Shown here piece after piece: positions 25,526-38,165 of a DNA stretch of 64,000 nucleotides. How positions within the stretch are numbered: position 1 is the first letter of the stretch; every line of letters begins with the position of its first letter. Made by a program: the position numbers and the translations under genes. Source of the stretch: Schmidtea polychroa (taxonomy: Eukaryota). Location: positions 48,672,001 to 48,736,000 of the forward strand of contig CM097885.1 of the NCBI GenBank assembly GCA_044892525.1. Direction: 5' to 3'. Below the pieces are notes generated by a model. It did no database searches, had not been told where the DNA came from, and saw only the letters and a list, made by a program, of their open reading frames with translations.

Positions 25526-26812
25526 TTAAGAATCTCCCCTAACATTTTCGATTATTGAAATCTTTCCACCATATAATTTCATTTCTATTTTCTTTTCTTC
25601 TAATATTAATGTATATACTTTAGCTTTAAAATTAGAATCCTTTGTTACATGAAGTGTAACATCAACATTATTTATGGCTAGGCGATCATCTTGGTCTGAA
25701 AAATTTATACAAAATATAGAATATAAATTTTTGAAATCTTCTAAACTTAATTGCGGTTCAACTTTGAAATCATAACATGTTTCAATATAATTTAGATATG
25801 GGAATATGTTTTCATTATTTTCAATATTAAATTCCATTCTATTTATTGGATAATAAGAACTATTTAATTGAATTTGGATTGTTTTTAAATTATCAACTCC
25901 GATCTTTTGAATAAACAAGTTGTTATTTTTTTGGAAAGATGAATCTACTTCTTTGAATCCAATCAAGATATATCTTGGTCGGTATGCTAAATTTGCTACC
26001 TTTATAGAATATGTTGAACCCTCTGTCATACTAAATTCACTACAGATTCTATTTAAATAATTTACATTTATAGACTTGTTGGAATTTAATCTTTCAAGGA
26101 GTTTGATTTCGGAATGTGGATTTAATGTCCATTCAGGTATATGCAATTCAAGTGTTGATATTTTTAATTTAGCTGTTGTATCTGCAGCTCCACAGAACAA
26201 TCTTTTATCACCTTCTACTCTATTACAAACTAATTCTATAAAAACATTATGAAGTATACGGTTATAGTTTTGAATGAATCCAAATAAGTGTTTTAATTCA
26301 AAATAACCTTCAAATTTTTTAGATTTATAAAGTTCAGCTCTTTTATAGTAACCATAATTTATATCTAAACCATCTTTATCTAAATCTCCTTTATTAACAT
26401 CAGGAATCCAGCCTGTTAATTCACCATATTCATTTTTATAATCACAACCAGTCAAAATAAAATTTAACATTGTAGAATATACTCCCGGATGCAAAACAGT
26501 TTCAATTTCTGATGATCCTAGTTTTAATCTCATGTTGGAGAATAAATTTGGAAAGAAATTATTTTCTAGGGTCATATCTTTGTTTGCTTCAATTTCTAAT
26601 TCAATTTTATAATATAATTTGGCATTACAAATATCTATAGGATTTGATGTTTGAAGAGATTGAAAAACTATATCACCCCTACGATTTAAGTTTGCAATAG
26701 ATCCTGAAGTTGGGGAGATTTTAAGTACATCGTTTTTCTTGATTTCATGAGTAAATTCTTTATTATAATCAAGATTTAATTTATTTTTTTCTTGAATTTT
26801 TATATTATTCAT
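25526..26812 (-). CDS. Major capsid protein (double jelly-roll, hexon-like)
   Basis: Intact 428-aa ORF in the Polinton structural block, with NNFFPNLFS.MRL.LG..EIE, L.HLFGF, RPRYILIGF and LNSSYYP motifs. Confidence 0.85.
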   Translation of the reverse strand: MNNIKIQEKNKLNLDYNKEFTHEIKKNDVLKISPTSGSIANLNRRGDIVFQSLQTSNPIDICNAKLYYKIELEIEANKDMTLENNFFPNLFSNMRLKLGSSEIETVLHPGVYSTMLNFILTGCDYKNEYGELTGWIPDVNKGDLDKDGLDINYGYYKRAELYKSKKFEGYFELKHLFGFIQNYNRILHNVFIELVCNRVEGDKRLFCGAADTTAKLKISTLELHIPEWTLNPHSEIKLLERLNSNKSINVNYLNRICSEFSMTEGSTYSIKVANLAYRPRYILIGFKEVDSSFQKNNNLFIQKIGVDNLKTIQIQLNSSYYPINRMEFNIENNENIFPYLNYIETCYDFKVEPQLSLEDFKNLYSIFCINFSDQDDRLAINNVDVTLHVTKDSNFKAKVYTLILEEKKIEMKLYGGKISIIENVRGDS

Positions 26813-26868
26813 TTTTATATATTAAAATTTACACACACAAAATAGGATTAATTAAATATATTATGTAA

Positions 26869-26950
26869 GCCATTATAGCGGAGTGGGAATAGGCTTCAAT
26901 TTTATCACCGGGAGTACCGGGTTCAATTTTCGATTTTGGTCAATTTTTTT
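26869..26950 (+). ncRNA. tRNA-like Pol III unit (degenerate B box)
   Basis: A box TAGCGGAGTGG at 26876, GGTTCAATTTT at 26920, T7 run at 26944. Confidence 0.5.
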
Positions 26951-27112
26951 CGATATTTTTTTTTCAACGGAATCTGATTCAGCGTACTGATTTTAGTATA
27001 TATTTAAATTTTCAGATGGATCTGAGTGGTAGTTGTCGAGAAAATGAATAATTAATTATTAATTTCATCAATAAATAGTCACACATTAACAACTTATTTT
27101 ATATTCAGTATA

Positions 27113-27193
27113 GCTCTAATAGCTTAGTGGTAATAGCACTCGACTGCATTGCCAATACCAATGGGTTCAAATCCTATTTCGGTCATTTTTTTT
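27113..27193 (+). ncRNA. tRNA-like Pol III unit resembling tRNA-Cys(GCA)
   Basis: A box TAGCTTAGTGG, D-stem GCT/AGC, GACTGCA loop, T-arm ATGGG-TTCAAAT-CCTAT and a T8 terminator. Anticodon and acceptor stems pair poorly, so it is not a canonical tRNA. Confidence 0.65.
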
Positions 27194-27350
27194 CAAATTT
27201 TTTTTTAACGAAATATTGATCAGCATACTCGATTTAGTACTTGTACAAATTTTTAAGGTGATTGGTCAACGGCAACTCTTGGAAATTTAAGATCAAAAAC
27301 GTTTTAACTACCAAAAATTAATATATCCAATAAAAAAAATATTTATAAAA

Positions 27351-27620
27351 ATGGATGAGTTAAAAGAAAGAATGAGAAATGAATTGAATGAAGTTAAACA
27401 TAAGAGAATGAAAAGAAGAGAAGAAGAACCATTAGAATACATCAAAGAGTTGATGGTTGATAATGAAAAGTATCGACATTTTTATATGAAGGCTGTAGAT
27501 GTTGCTGATATAAGATTGAAGAAAATGAAACAATTACAGGAAAGAGTTAAAGAACTTGAATCGATTATTTATAGTCTAAAAAATGACAAAAATTTGAAAA
27601 TTGATAGCGCAGTGGGCTAG
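27351..27620 (+). CDS. Small coiled-coil hypothetical protein
   Basis: 89-aa charged helical ORF with an AAAATG start context; it ends just inside the right TIR. Confidence 0.6.
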   Translation: MDELKERMRNELNEVKHKRMKRREEEPLEYIKELMVDNEKYRHFYMKAVDVADIRLKKMKQLQERVKELESIIYSLKNDKNLKIDSAVG

Positions 27621-27679
27621 ACTGACATAGTGGTTCAAATGGATAGTGGTTCACATCATATCTGAGGTTAGTTTTTTTT
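27598..27679 (+). ncRNA. tRNA-like Pol III unit in right TIR (degenerate)
   Basis: A box TAGCGCAGTGG, B box GGTTCACATCA and a T8 run; mirror of 14735-14816. Confidence 0.5.
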
Positions 27680-28564
27680 CAACATAAAATAATATTAAAA
27701 ATTTGAAAATAATATTGAAAATGGTGTGGGTATCTTAGATTTATATTTTATTTTATTTATTTTATTTATTTTATTTATTTTATTTATTTTATTTATTTTA
27801 TTTATTTTATTTATTTTATTTATTTTATTAATTATTTTATTTTTAAACATAAATATGAAAAAAAAATTATTGAAACGGGTGATGGTGGCGAACCGGTAAT
27901 TATCGCCACCTGTCTTTCGAACATTCCCGGATCGATTCCATAATGTGCACATTTATTTCTCAGTTGTTTTCGGACCTCTTTCGAATTCACTTTCGAATTC
28001 ATTTGTACTTTCGAGCAGCACGCTTAAAACGCCGATGAAATCGTATTCGAGCGAGAAGCGAATAATAAGGTGTGCTGCTAGTATCGGATTGATTCTGATG
28101 TATGAGTCTAGCCAGCTTGTATATTGGAAGAGATTCGATAAACGAAAGAGGTTGAAATGATCCGGATCAAAAAAACTGTTAAGGGGACAGTGAAAAAAAA
28201 AAAAAATACCACTGTCCCCTCAGAGCAGTTTTACTATTTTTCATTTATTTTTTAATTTTTATAATTTAAAATTAATAATCTGATAAAGATCAACTCCGGA
28301 GTTTGATTACGATCAGTAGTGTGTATATAGCCCTATCCCAAATAGCCCTCTAACTTTTTCATAATGCCATTTTCTTTTCTATTCTCTTTTTAGTTTGAAG
28401 CTTTTGAGTTTGAGGCTTTAAAGATTAAGGGTGGTTGTTTTAAAAAATATAGGGTTAAATACTATAAAAGCATAAGTTTTGGGTTGTTTTCTAATGGTTT
28501 AAGCGTAATGGAGGTATGTTTTTGTTGGGAGGGCTGTGTTGGTTGGGTATATATACACACTACT
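27603..28564 (-). repeat. Right TIR of Polinton
   Basis: Reverse complement of 13875-14811. Confidence 0.92.
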
Positions 28565-30538
28565 AATGTCCACCTTTTCTAAAATACTTTCTAAATTTAT
28601 ACTAAATTCCTAATATCAAATTCTTATTTTTAGTAATTATTTATTATCTTTATTTATTTATAAATTACCCAATTTAGTATATTTTTAATTATAGTAAATA
28701 ATTTATACTACTTATATACTATTTCTATTTATAGTAATTATTTATTTATTTATAGAATTTATTTATTCCTAATTTTAATTCTTCTATAATTTAGCCCCCT
28801 ATGGCTACAACATATGCTTTTAAGCTAACCAACCCCAACACAATGTCATCTGATTTTATTTTTTTCATTAACATGAACTCAACAATGTGCCAACATCTCA
28901 AATTTCAAAATTTATAAAAATTATTAAAAATATTAAAAAAGTTTAAATTAATTTAAAAAAATACAATGAAAAATTTATTTAAATTTGAAAATTAGTAATT
29001 TAAAAGAAATCAGGATATATTCTTTTTGAAAATATCACAAACTGTACAATTTATCGTATAAACAACTGTTAGAGTTATATTTCTATTTAAAGAAAAAACG
29101 CTACAAAAAATACCAACAAAAAAATAAGACAACAGGAAATGAGTTTAATCAAACAATTTATTTTGTTGGCTAATGACAATGAGGCCCATGTAATGAGATT
29201 TGTCCCATTAATACCAGTCTCAGAGTCAGTGGGTTTCCGTTTGTTAGTTAATGTATTAAAATAACTCATAAAGTGTCTCATAAAAAATGACATCGAATCA
29301 AATGAATAAATAATATTTTATTTATTTATTTATTGCGATTCTCATTAATATTTCAAAATAAATTGATTTTTTTGTTGACAATTCGAAGGATTTTCAGTTT
29401 TTTCATAATTAGAAGGAATCCTCGCGAGAATTATAATTGTTTCGGCATAATTATTGGTTAGAATCGGAATTTATAATAAATTTTCATTGTATTTTTATGG
29501 GGATTTTAAATATTTATCAACAAATTAGCTATTTATATTTGAAATTATTGACAGTTTCCGTTGAATTTTTCAGCTGAATTAATTAGAAAAAATATTGATT
29601 TTGTTTATCTTCTTGTTTTGTTAAACTGAAAATTTTTATTTTTATTTTTTATGGTTATATTGGCTAAGATTATTTTTGATATTTTTAATCGTTTTGAGAG
29701 TAATAGTAGAATGTAGGAGGAAAAAGAATAATTAGCCACAACTACTCAACCAAATTTTTACATTAAGAGTTATAAGAGTTACAATTTTTAAATTTAAATA
29801 AACACTCAATTCTGTTTTTATACGATTATTTTTGTAAACTGTTTTCTAGTGCAATTTAATGTGAGTTGTTTTGTTTTTATTAAAAAAGGTAAAAAATTTT
29901 AAAAGTTATTTTTTTATAAATGTAAACTAAATAATACTTATTTTATTTTGAAATTTATCGTTTTTCGATACAAATCCCTTACATATTTACTTTACTTCAT
30001 TGAATATACAAACAATTTAGCATCATTCATCAAACGTCGAGATTATAGTGACCTGGTTATACAATTTATTTATTATGCATTGTTATTATTATTATTATCG
30101 TTAATAACAATTTTTCTAATAATTTTTGTAGGACCTTCTTAACTAAATAATCTTTTATTTGTTGAGTAATAATCTCGGGAAATGAAGCGAAATTATCAGT
30201 TATATTCAGTGTTTCCATTTTCATTCCAATATTTGCTGCTTCCGGTTCCGGTCTGTGTAATTGTGTATCTTGTTTCTTTTTAATCTATTCTTCTTCATCT
30301 TTATCATCATTTTCTTCTTCACGTTTGTTAGTACTTTCTTTTTCAACTTTGTCATTTTTTCTTCTTCTGAAAAAATTTAATGCATTTTTAATTTTAAATA
30401 TAATTTCTTGTTAATAAATATTATGTAATACAATTAGTATCTAATTTTTTAACAATAACAATTAGTAATTGTAGCCACAAAATACGACACTAATAATTAA
30501 AACGATTAGAAGAATAGAGAACTGCAAATGCAATAAAC

Positions 30539-30981
30539 CAGGGTTTACCAAACTTTTTCAGGGATGGAACACTTGGCAAATTCGAAAATTTTGGCGGAAC
30601 ACTTAGCTTAGGTTGGGTAATTCATAATAGCATAAATAAAATTAAAAAATGATATTAAAGAAATATCAGCGAATCAGGTAAAAACAATCCCATCTACCAC
30701 ATCTCTGTCATGCGCACAGGATGAGAGATAGTCTTCTCCCTCATTAAAAAATATTGGCACTTGTTAAAGACTTTTATTACTGTACCCAACTTCTAGGTAC
30801 TAAATATCTTCGCCTGCTCTTCACGTCATAAATCTCAATGAAGTTTAACCGTCGCTCGTCTTTCATTATAAAGTAAAATATGTTTAATTTTCTAAATTTA
30901 CTCCAAATTTTTGCGAAATATCTATTTAGGCTGCGCGGAAGACTTATTTTGGATCGGCGGAACATAGTTTGGAAAACCCTG
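30539..30981. mobile_element. hAT-type MITE
   Basis: TIRs CAGGGTTTACCAAACT / AGTTTGGAAAACCCTG with an exact 8-bp TSD CAATAAAC. Confidence 0.88.
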
Positions 30982-31378
30982 CAATAAACAATTGACGTCT
31001 GAAATCAGCTGCATATACTTAATAGCGAACGCAGCGCAACAATGACTAATGCCAAAAAACGAATGTGAGTGCGCCGAGTAAAACGTATATAGAATAGAAT
31101 AATTGAGAGAGAAGATAGTACTATCCGAATAATTATACGTTAGTCAAAAACTTACGGGTATCCGTTTTCTATATTATATTGAACACAATAATAAATCTCA
31201 TCCATCAATGCGAATTTAAAATAAATAGATTTTTAATTATTTGAATATTTTATAATTTATACTTTTATCGTCAGAAGCAATTTGCTTTAAATTTCGAAAA
31301 ATAACGTTTTGTTAGTTGTGGTGGTGATGCGGGTCCCGATTGGGCTTAATCACTCCAATCGCCTTAAATCCGGGTCTG

Positions 31379-31494
<116 letters not shown>

Positions 31495-31989
31495 CTCACT
31501 TTACAGTTAAAAATCAATTATTTTATGGCAACAACCCAGGCGCGAAATTAGGTTTCAATTAAAAGAATTAAATTTTCACTTTTTCAAAGCACTAGTTTCA
31601 ATTTTTTATCAATTTTTAGACAAATTCGTCTTATTTTAGAAGATATAAATTTGAAAATAACAGTTTTTCGCAGAAGCTACTCAATTTTTTTTGATAAATT
31701 GTGCTATAAATTTCTAAAAATTAATTACATATGTCATTAATTGACTATGAATCAGAAAGGATATAAAAATAACATTGATATCTTTACTGATTTTTTAAGA
31801 AATACAATGTCAAATGAAAAGAAATCAGAGATGAAAATTGAAAAAAGTTCCTATAGTATTTCAATAAAATTTTAATTGAAATATACATGTATTAGTCTTG
31901 GCATTATGTTACTTTCACACAAATATTGCCAAATTGTTCCTCAATCGCGAAAAATAACTTCGTCAGAAATTTAGTTAGGATATTACTAA

Positions 31990-32314
31990 TAGTGCTTCCA
32001 ATACTGCCCTCCTTATCAAATAGACCGTAACTGACAAAACTACAAAAATCGAGTTAGAGGCGTCAACTGTATGCAGTTGCAATTAACCTTCATTCTGCTT
32101 AGCGATAAGACCGTAACTGCATCACTAGGCCTAGATGCAAACAAATATAAATGGATGATTGGTTTAGGTTAACTGGTTGGCAGAATTGAAAACACGTTTT
32201 GCTATTTATCTCCTAAGTGTATTTTTGCAGTTACGGTCTATTTGATAAGGAGGGCAGAATACCGGTAGTACTGGACTTTTTTGAGGTACCGGTATATTGA
32301 TATTGGAAGCACTA
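31990..32314. mobile_element. Small MITE (TAGTGCTTCCAATA TIRs) hosting a nested MITE
   Basis: 14-bp inverted termini TAGTGCTTCCAATA / TATTGGAAGCACTA. TSD not exact. Confidence 0.6.
32004..32257. mobile_element. MITE with 30-bp perfect TIRs
   Basis: CTGCCCTCCTTATCAAATAGACCGTAACTG and its reverse complement, flanked by AATA on both sides. Confidence 0.8.
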
Positions 32315-32621
32315 ATTTACTATTCATAGTTCCTTTCGCATGTTCAAGGATTAATGATCTAATAATAAATTCCAATATCATGGTTAAGCCACCAAGAGAA
32401 GCCTTTTTTTAAATTTTAATTAATTTACACCTCGAATATATTATTTCTTTTATTTTAAATTTTCAGTACTATCAATTCATATTATTTTTACTATAATAGT
32501 TTTAATTTGTATTTGTTTAAGTCCTATCCAAAATTCCAAAAAGTTAGCAGTAATGTTCTAATACTTATTTATTTAATAACTTATTTTACTTTAAATTTTA
32601 ACTTCAACATTATTAATACAT

Positions 32622-32741
32622 CAGTAAATGGATAAGGGCCCGTCATTTCACATAGCCCTCCTAGAAACTCAAATACTTAGAAAAAAATTTGAAAAATATT
32701 CTAGGGTGGTATGTGAGTAAACGGGCCCCTGTCCATTTTCT
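32622..32741. repeat. Imperfect hairpin / mini foldback element
   Basis: AAATGGATAAGGGCCCGT...CCTAGAA pairs imperfectly with TTCTAGG...ACGGGCCCCTGTCCATTT. Confidence 0.55.
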
Positions 32742-34749
32742 CACATTAATTGACACATGTAACCCATACTGACATGGGCTGTATGTCGAAGGTTATCGTA
32801 TTAGTTATCAGTGTTTGCACTATAACTATTTTTCTGTAGACTTACTGCGGCAGCAAATATTTACAATTGCTCGAGGTTTGTACATAATCTTATAAATTAA
32901 TCCGTTCAAAATCCCAATTTTCAATTAACGTGTTAAAAATAAAATTAGTAATTTATTAATTCAGTATCATCCAACTTGGTTTACCTCAAACCAAAGTAAA
33001 ATTATTGATAAATTTGATATTATTTTTACCATAAAACAATAATTGTCTGACGTTTATACACTACGTAACTCACGCTTACATAACAGCTATACCGTAAATA
33101 AGTCCGACGCAGCATTATAAGTTGAATATGTAATATTTACAAATAACGTAGGGTTTGAATTGCCGAAATGTAAATTTCAATTAAAACGTTGCCAAAAATA
33201 ATGGTCAAATTTTATTGGTTGTTTTCTAATCAATTGAAATTTCTCGGTGAAATATTGAGAAACAATAAATCGTATCGATAACTCAAAGCTTGCAGCACGC
33301 AATAAACCAGCTGTTGAAATATTTACCAAGCGATTTTATTGGTCAGAATTACTGACCAATTATATGGGAACTAAATTAATAAAATTAAATAGATTTTATC
33401 GTTTTCAAATCGTTGTTTATAAACAAAATAAGAATCAATGTCAACAATTTTATCTTTGCTGTCGGTTTCTATTTTGTTGGCAGTGCGCAACTCAGGAAAT
33501 TAAATTTTGTTGGTTTAATTTCTGATTTTCAAAAATAATCTTCAACTTGACATTTGTTTAGAATTTCTGAGTGCTCAACATTTCGAAAAATAGAAACCAA
33601 ATTTTGTTTTTTAACAAATTAAAATTGTTGAATATTTTTACGTGATCAAAACAGTTGCGAAAAAAATCATTTCAAGCTAAGATCGGCTCCCTTTTTTGGT
33701 AAAGAGCTCAATTCAAAAAAGATTTCTTGAGCGGTCAAAGTTTAGGTTCTCAGAAACTTTTATTACATTGTCATAATATATTGTAAATCAAATAGTGTAA
33801 AATCAAACGTGCCTCGCAAGTGTTTGCCCCCGCCAAACTCGGGACTCACTTCTTACTAATGATACTAATGATATATAGATTAGAATATTAGTCTAAGATA
33901 CAAAGGTTTTATTTAATTTTAAATATTTTTTTCAAAACTTTTAAATGTTTCGAACCAAATTCTAAGAATTTTGACCTTCGACCCTGATGTAATCTTTAAT
34001 CCCATGGTTCAACATGTGCCGATCTTTTAAATTATGTTTAAGTGAAAAATCAAATTTAAGATATTTTTGACTCTTGGAACCCACCATTGGTGAACCCTCA
34101 AAAATTTAAATAACATCATTGAACAGACCACAAAATGCTTCATAAAACACTAAAAATGTGACCATAAAAGGTTTGAAACACTTTGATTTTGAAGAAATTC
34201 TAAATTTTGTTTATTAAATGAAATTAGAAAGATTTATCCATTGATAATTAAAAATATAATTAATTTTAAAAATTAGACCATCGGAAGTATTTTTCATATT
34301 AAGCATGTGATTTTTGAAGTATTATTTTAATAAACATGGATACCATAGTGATACGTGACTTTTTCATGTCCGATTCAAAAAGCGAAAAAAATACTCTATT
34401 AAATTGTTTTCTTCTTGTTAAGTCTTTTTGCTAAGAATCCATGAAAAGTCGATAGGATTTTCTTTGTATATTTGCATGGCATCATTTACTAGAATTTTTA
34501 GGCTGTATTACTGGCAGTAATCTCATCCCCTTTTGTATTGAACACAAGTCCATTGAGCATATTTATTTATAAATCTTTCCTGATTTCTTTTTGTAAAATA
34601 CTGTTGTAAAATCTAATTCAAATTCAAAAAAGGCATTTTATTTCACATCCAAATAAATTACTTTCCACAATCATTCCCACTAGATTCTTCAGAATCTTAA
34701 GCTCAAAATCGATTATCTGCAATGTGCCTCAGAGTTTTGTACCATCACA

Positions 34750-35110
34750 TTCAACCAAATAGCTTAATTCACTTTTTGGTTTAACAATTTTTCCTTGCAT
34801 CCACTGTTGATCGCATCTAGTCATTTGGCTTGGCTTGAACCAAACATTATCCCCTTCTTCAAATTTGAAGTTTTTCTGATTGGCAATATTTTCTATTGCT
34901 CTTACGTCATCAGAGGTTAAGCTTCGTCTATTTGATCGAAAGTATGATCTATTCTTTGTAATGGCGTCGAGTTAACCCAATATACAGCCTCAACAATGGA
35001 GCATATACTTCTTTCTGCATTGTCTTCGCGAATTTGTGGTTTCTTTCAACAATCCCATTACCTGATTGGCGATTTACAGATCTATAGATCAGTTTTATTT
35101 TCCATTTTCC
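34750..35110 (-). pseudogene. Old Gypsy integrase remnant
   Basis: The minus strand reads SGNGIVERNH, EAVYWVNSTP and GDNVWFKP...RCDQQW..GKIV across frameshifts. Confidence 0.7.
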
Positions 35111-35315
35111 ATTAATTTTATCATATCAAATAATTTTAAAGATATAAAATTGGTTTTTATAATTTCACTTAAGGGAAATTTTTCACAAAATTAAAAATTT
35201 CAGAGATGTCGAATTATTTATTTGCCAAACAACAGATATTATTGAGTTATCTTCAATAGCTGAACATGAGAAATCGGAGCAAATCTCTTGATTCCATTTG
35301 AATGATATTCTGGTC

Positions 35316-35426
35316 CAGGGGTAGGGAACCTTTTTATTTCCGTAGGCCACATTGAAATTTGTCGCCTCCGAATGAGGCCGCAGTCAAAAAGTATTTTAAC
35401 ATTAAATAATTTCATTTTAAATCTTT
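35316..35426. mobile_element. Left part of a hAT-like MITE, cut by the LTR insertion
   Basis: Begins CAGGGGTAGGGAACC (hAT-type terminus). No matching right TIR was found in the window. Confidence 0.5.
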
Positions 35427-36483
35427 TGTTGGGTTTTGGATTATTTCAAGTCGGTTCTCTCTGACTCCTGGTGTTCTTTAAATTAAAACAATGAACGACC
35501 CAACGTATATTGAAACAACAGGTTCACAATTTATTATCACTCTACAATTACCAATCAAAGTTTTACACGATTCTCTGCTCGGCGTTGATGCTTTGCAAAC
35601 AAACAATATTCACCTTTTGATCCTTTAGTTCTGTTGACTCTCGTTTTCCTCGGTTTCGGTTTGGTTTGATCTCTTTTCTCCTTTCCGTATTCTTAATTCT
35701 ATTTCTTCTTTTCCCTACTTCCCTAATTCGTTTACCACTTTTCCTACAGTCTAATTCTTCGAACCCTAGCTGAGGCAAAATGCCGATTTTCTCTGATTTT
35801 CCCTTTGCTTATATACTCCTCGAAATCAGGATGACAAATGGTTATTGCCGAGCCAATCTTTCGTTTGACATTTTCTTCTACGTGTTTGCTTCGGCTGTCA
35901 TCCATAATGGTCCAACGAATCCAGATAATTAATGGCCCTACCGGTCTTCCTACGCGCGTTATCTTCTCCTTACTCTTTTCCCATTAATCATTGTGTCAAA
36001 CTAATGGGCCCAAATCTTCCTTTTGTTTGCCTTTCTTCTTGTTTACCCAGCTCGGGTTTCCTTTATCTCTCGGGTTCTCCATTGGCTCGGGTTTCCCATT
36101 AGCTCGGGTTTTCCATTAGCCAATTAATTAATTAATTAACGTTTTCTGTTTTCATACGTTTGAATGTTTTTCGACCCTTCCTAACCCTTTTCTGATAAAT
36201 CCCTAACCATCATCTTGTTGACCATTAGCTAATCTATACCTGTCCCGTTTTTCCCATTCGATTTCGATGATTTTTCCATTTATTGATTTTTCTCGGATTT
36301 CCGGATTCTCGCCTTTCGTAATTGCTTTTTGCATTTTCTAATACTGTTTCCATCGCACTTTCCTTTACTATTAATTCTGTGCACGATCCCGCTTTTATTT
36401 GCCATTTTTCCTCGCTTACTTTCCATTTGAATTATTATCCTAAATTTTATTTAAATTTTAATTTTAATTTACAGACCTCAACA
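35427..36483 (-). mobile_element. 3' LTR of a minus-strand Gypsy element
   Basis: On the minus strand it runs TGTTGAG...CCCAACA, directly preceded by a polypurine tract. Shares a motif block with the solo LTR at 247-1061. Confidence 0.85.
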
Positions 36484-36496
36484 TATCTCCCCCCTT
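36484..36496 (-). other. Polypurine tract
   Basis: Minus-strand AAGGGGGGAGATA abuts the LTR's TG and is preceded by TTCGAGGACGAA. Confidence 0.85.
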
Positions 36497-36959
36497 AAAA
36501 AATTTTTTCGTCCTCGAAATTTGTGTTTTAATGGAAAGTTTTGTTAACATTAAATGTCATTATTATTCCTATAAACACAAATACCATTATTATTGTTATT
36601 TTTAATTTAAATATTATATATTAGTAGGTAGTTAGTGGCTTACGGCAGCAATAGGGGGGGGGGGGGTAAAAATGTTGCAAACTTTTGATTGCATAACTTT
36701 TTCCGTAGACATTTTTTGATTACATAATTGTTGCCGTAATGCCCAATGTTTTCTGGGATTTTAAATACAAAATTTTTTTTTTCAATAAACAAGCCAAGGA
36801 TAAATATTATTTGGGTGGGTCTCCTTGGTCCTGAGAATTTCAATAGAAAAAGGTAGTCTTCAATAAAAAAGCATGGATTTTTCACACTATAGTGAGGGGA
36901 TCTTCTTGGTCATGAGAATTTCAATAGAAAAGGTGGTTTACATTAAAAAACGCATAGTA

Positions 36960-38018
36960 AATTTTTAAAATAAAGCAAATTATGGGTCTAAAATTTAAAA
37001 ATAAAGTAAATGATGGGTCTAAAAATTTAAGTAAATCAAGGTTCAGATTTATTTTTGAAATAAAGTAAATTATGGTCTAAATAAGTAAATTATGGGCTAA
37101 GATTTTTCAATTAAAGTAAATAATGGTTCTAAAAAATTAAATTACAGTAAATTATGGTCCAAATTTTTAAATTAAAGTAAATTTAGGTTCTTAAAAATTA
37201 AATTAAAGTAAATTATGGTCAAAATTTTTGAATTACAGTCCAAAAATTTAAATTAAAGTAAATTATGGTCCAAATTTTTAAATTAAAGTAAATAATGGTC
37301 CAAATATTTTAAATTACAGTAAATTATGGTCAACATTTTTCAAATAAGGTAATAATGGTCCTAAAAATTAAATTAAAGTAAATAATGGTTCTAAAAAATT
37401 AAATAACAGTAAATTATGGTCCAAAAATTTAAATTAAAGTAAATTATGGTCCAAATTTTTAAATTAAAGTAAATAATGGTCCTAAAAAATTATATTAAAG
37501 TAAATAATGGTCCAAATATTTTAAATTACAGTAAATAATGGTTCTAAAAATTAAATTACAGTAAATAATGGTCAAAAATTTTAAAATTAAAGTAAATTAT
37601 GGTTCTAAAAATTAAATTAAAGTTAATTAAGGTCCAAATTTTAAAATTAAATAATCAATGGTAAAAAAAATTTAAATTAAAGTTAAATAAGTAAATTAAA
37701 GTAATAATTTTTAAATAAGTAAATTAAAGTAATGTAATAAGTAAATTAAAGTAAGATTTTTAAATTTATTAACAAAAATAGAAGGTGTTTGAGAATTGAA
37801 ATTTGTTAATGGAAATTTTAATGAATTATTTTTTAAGTAATTTTTGTTAGAAATTTTTATGAATAATTTTCAATGGTAATTTTTAATGGAAATTTTTATG
37901 AATAATTTTTTAAGATAATTTTTAATGGAAATTTTTATGAATAATTTTTTAAGATAATTTTTAATGGAAATTTTAATAGAATAATTTTTAAGATAATTTT
38001 TAATGAAAATTTTTATGA

Positions 38019-38103
<85 letters not shown>

Positions 38104-38165
38104 GTAATAATAAAAATAATATTAATAATAATAATAATAATAAAAATAAAAATAATATTAATAAT
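36960..38165. repeat. Subterminal tandem arrays of the left arm (~30-bp AAATTAAAGTAAATTATGGTCC units, ~39-bp units, (AAT)n)
   Basis: Direct reading; mirrored at ~50670-51825 with small copy-number differences. Confidence 0.85.

Larger units (their letters stand above)
13875..28564. mobile_element. Polinton/Maverick (adintovirus-type) element, full length, decayed
   Basis: Termini AGTAGTGTGTATATA...TATATACACACTACT with an exact 6-bp TSD AATGTC (13869-13874, 28565-28570). Long TIRs, plus pPolB, penton, protease, ATPase, integrase and major capsid genes. Confidence 0.97.

Noticed and set aside
26869..27193. Functional tRNA genes
   Set aside because: Acceptor and anticodon stems do not pair properly; reported instead as tRNA-like Pol III units.
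19985..27355. TAAAATG at most Polinton starts as a poxvirus-like late promoter
   Set aside because: It cannot be distinguished from an A-rich host translation-start context in AT-rich DNA.
36960..37660. CRISPR-like array
   Set aside because: The units are contiguous degenerate tandem repeats with no unique spacers, there are no cas genes, and the context is eukaryotic.
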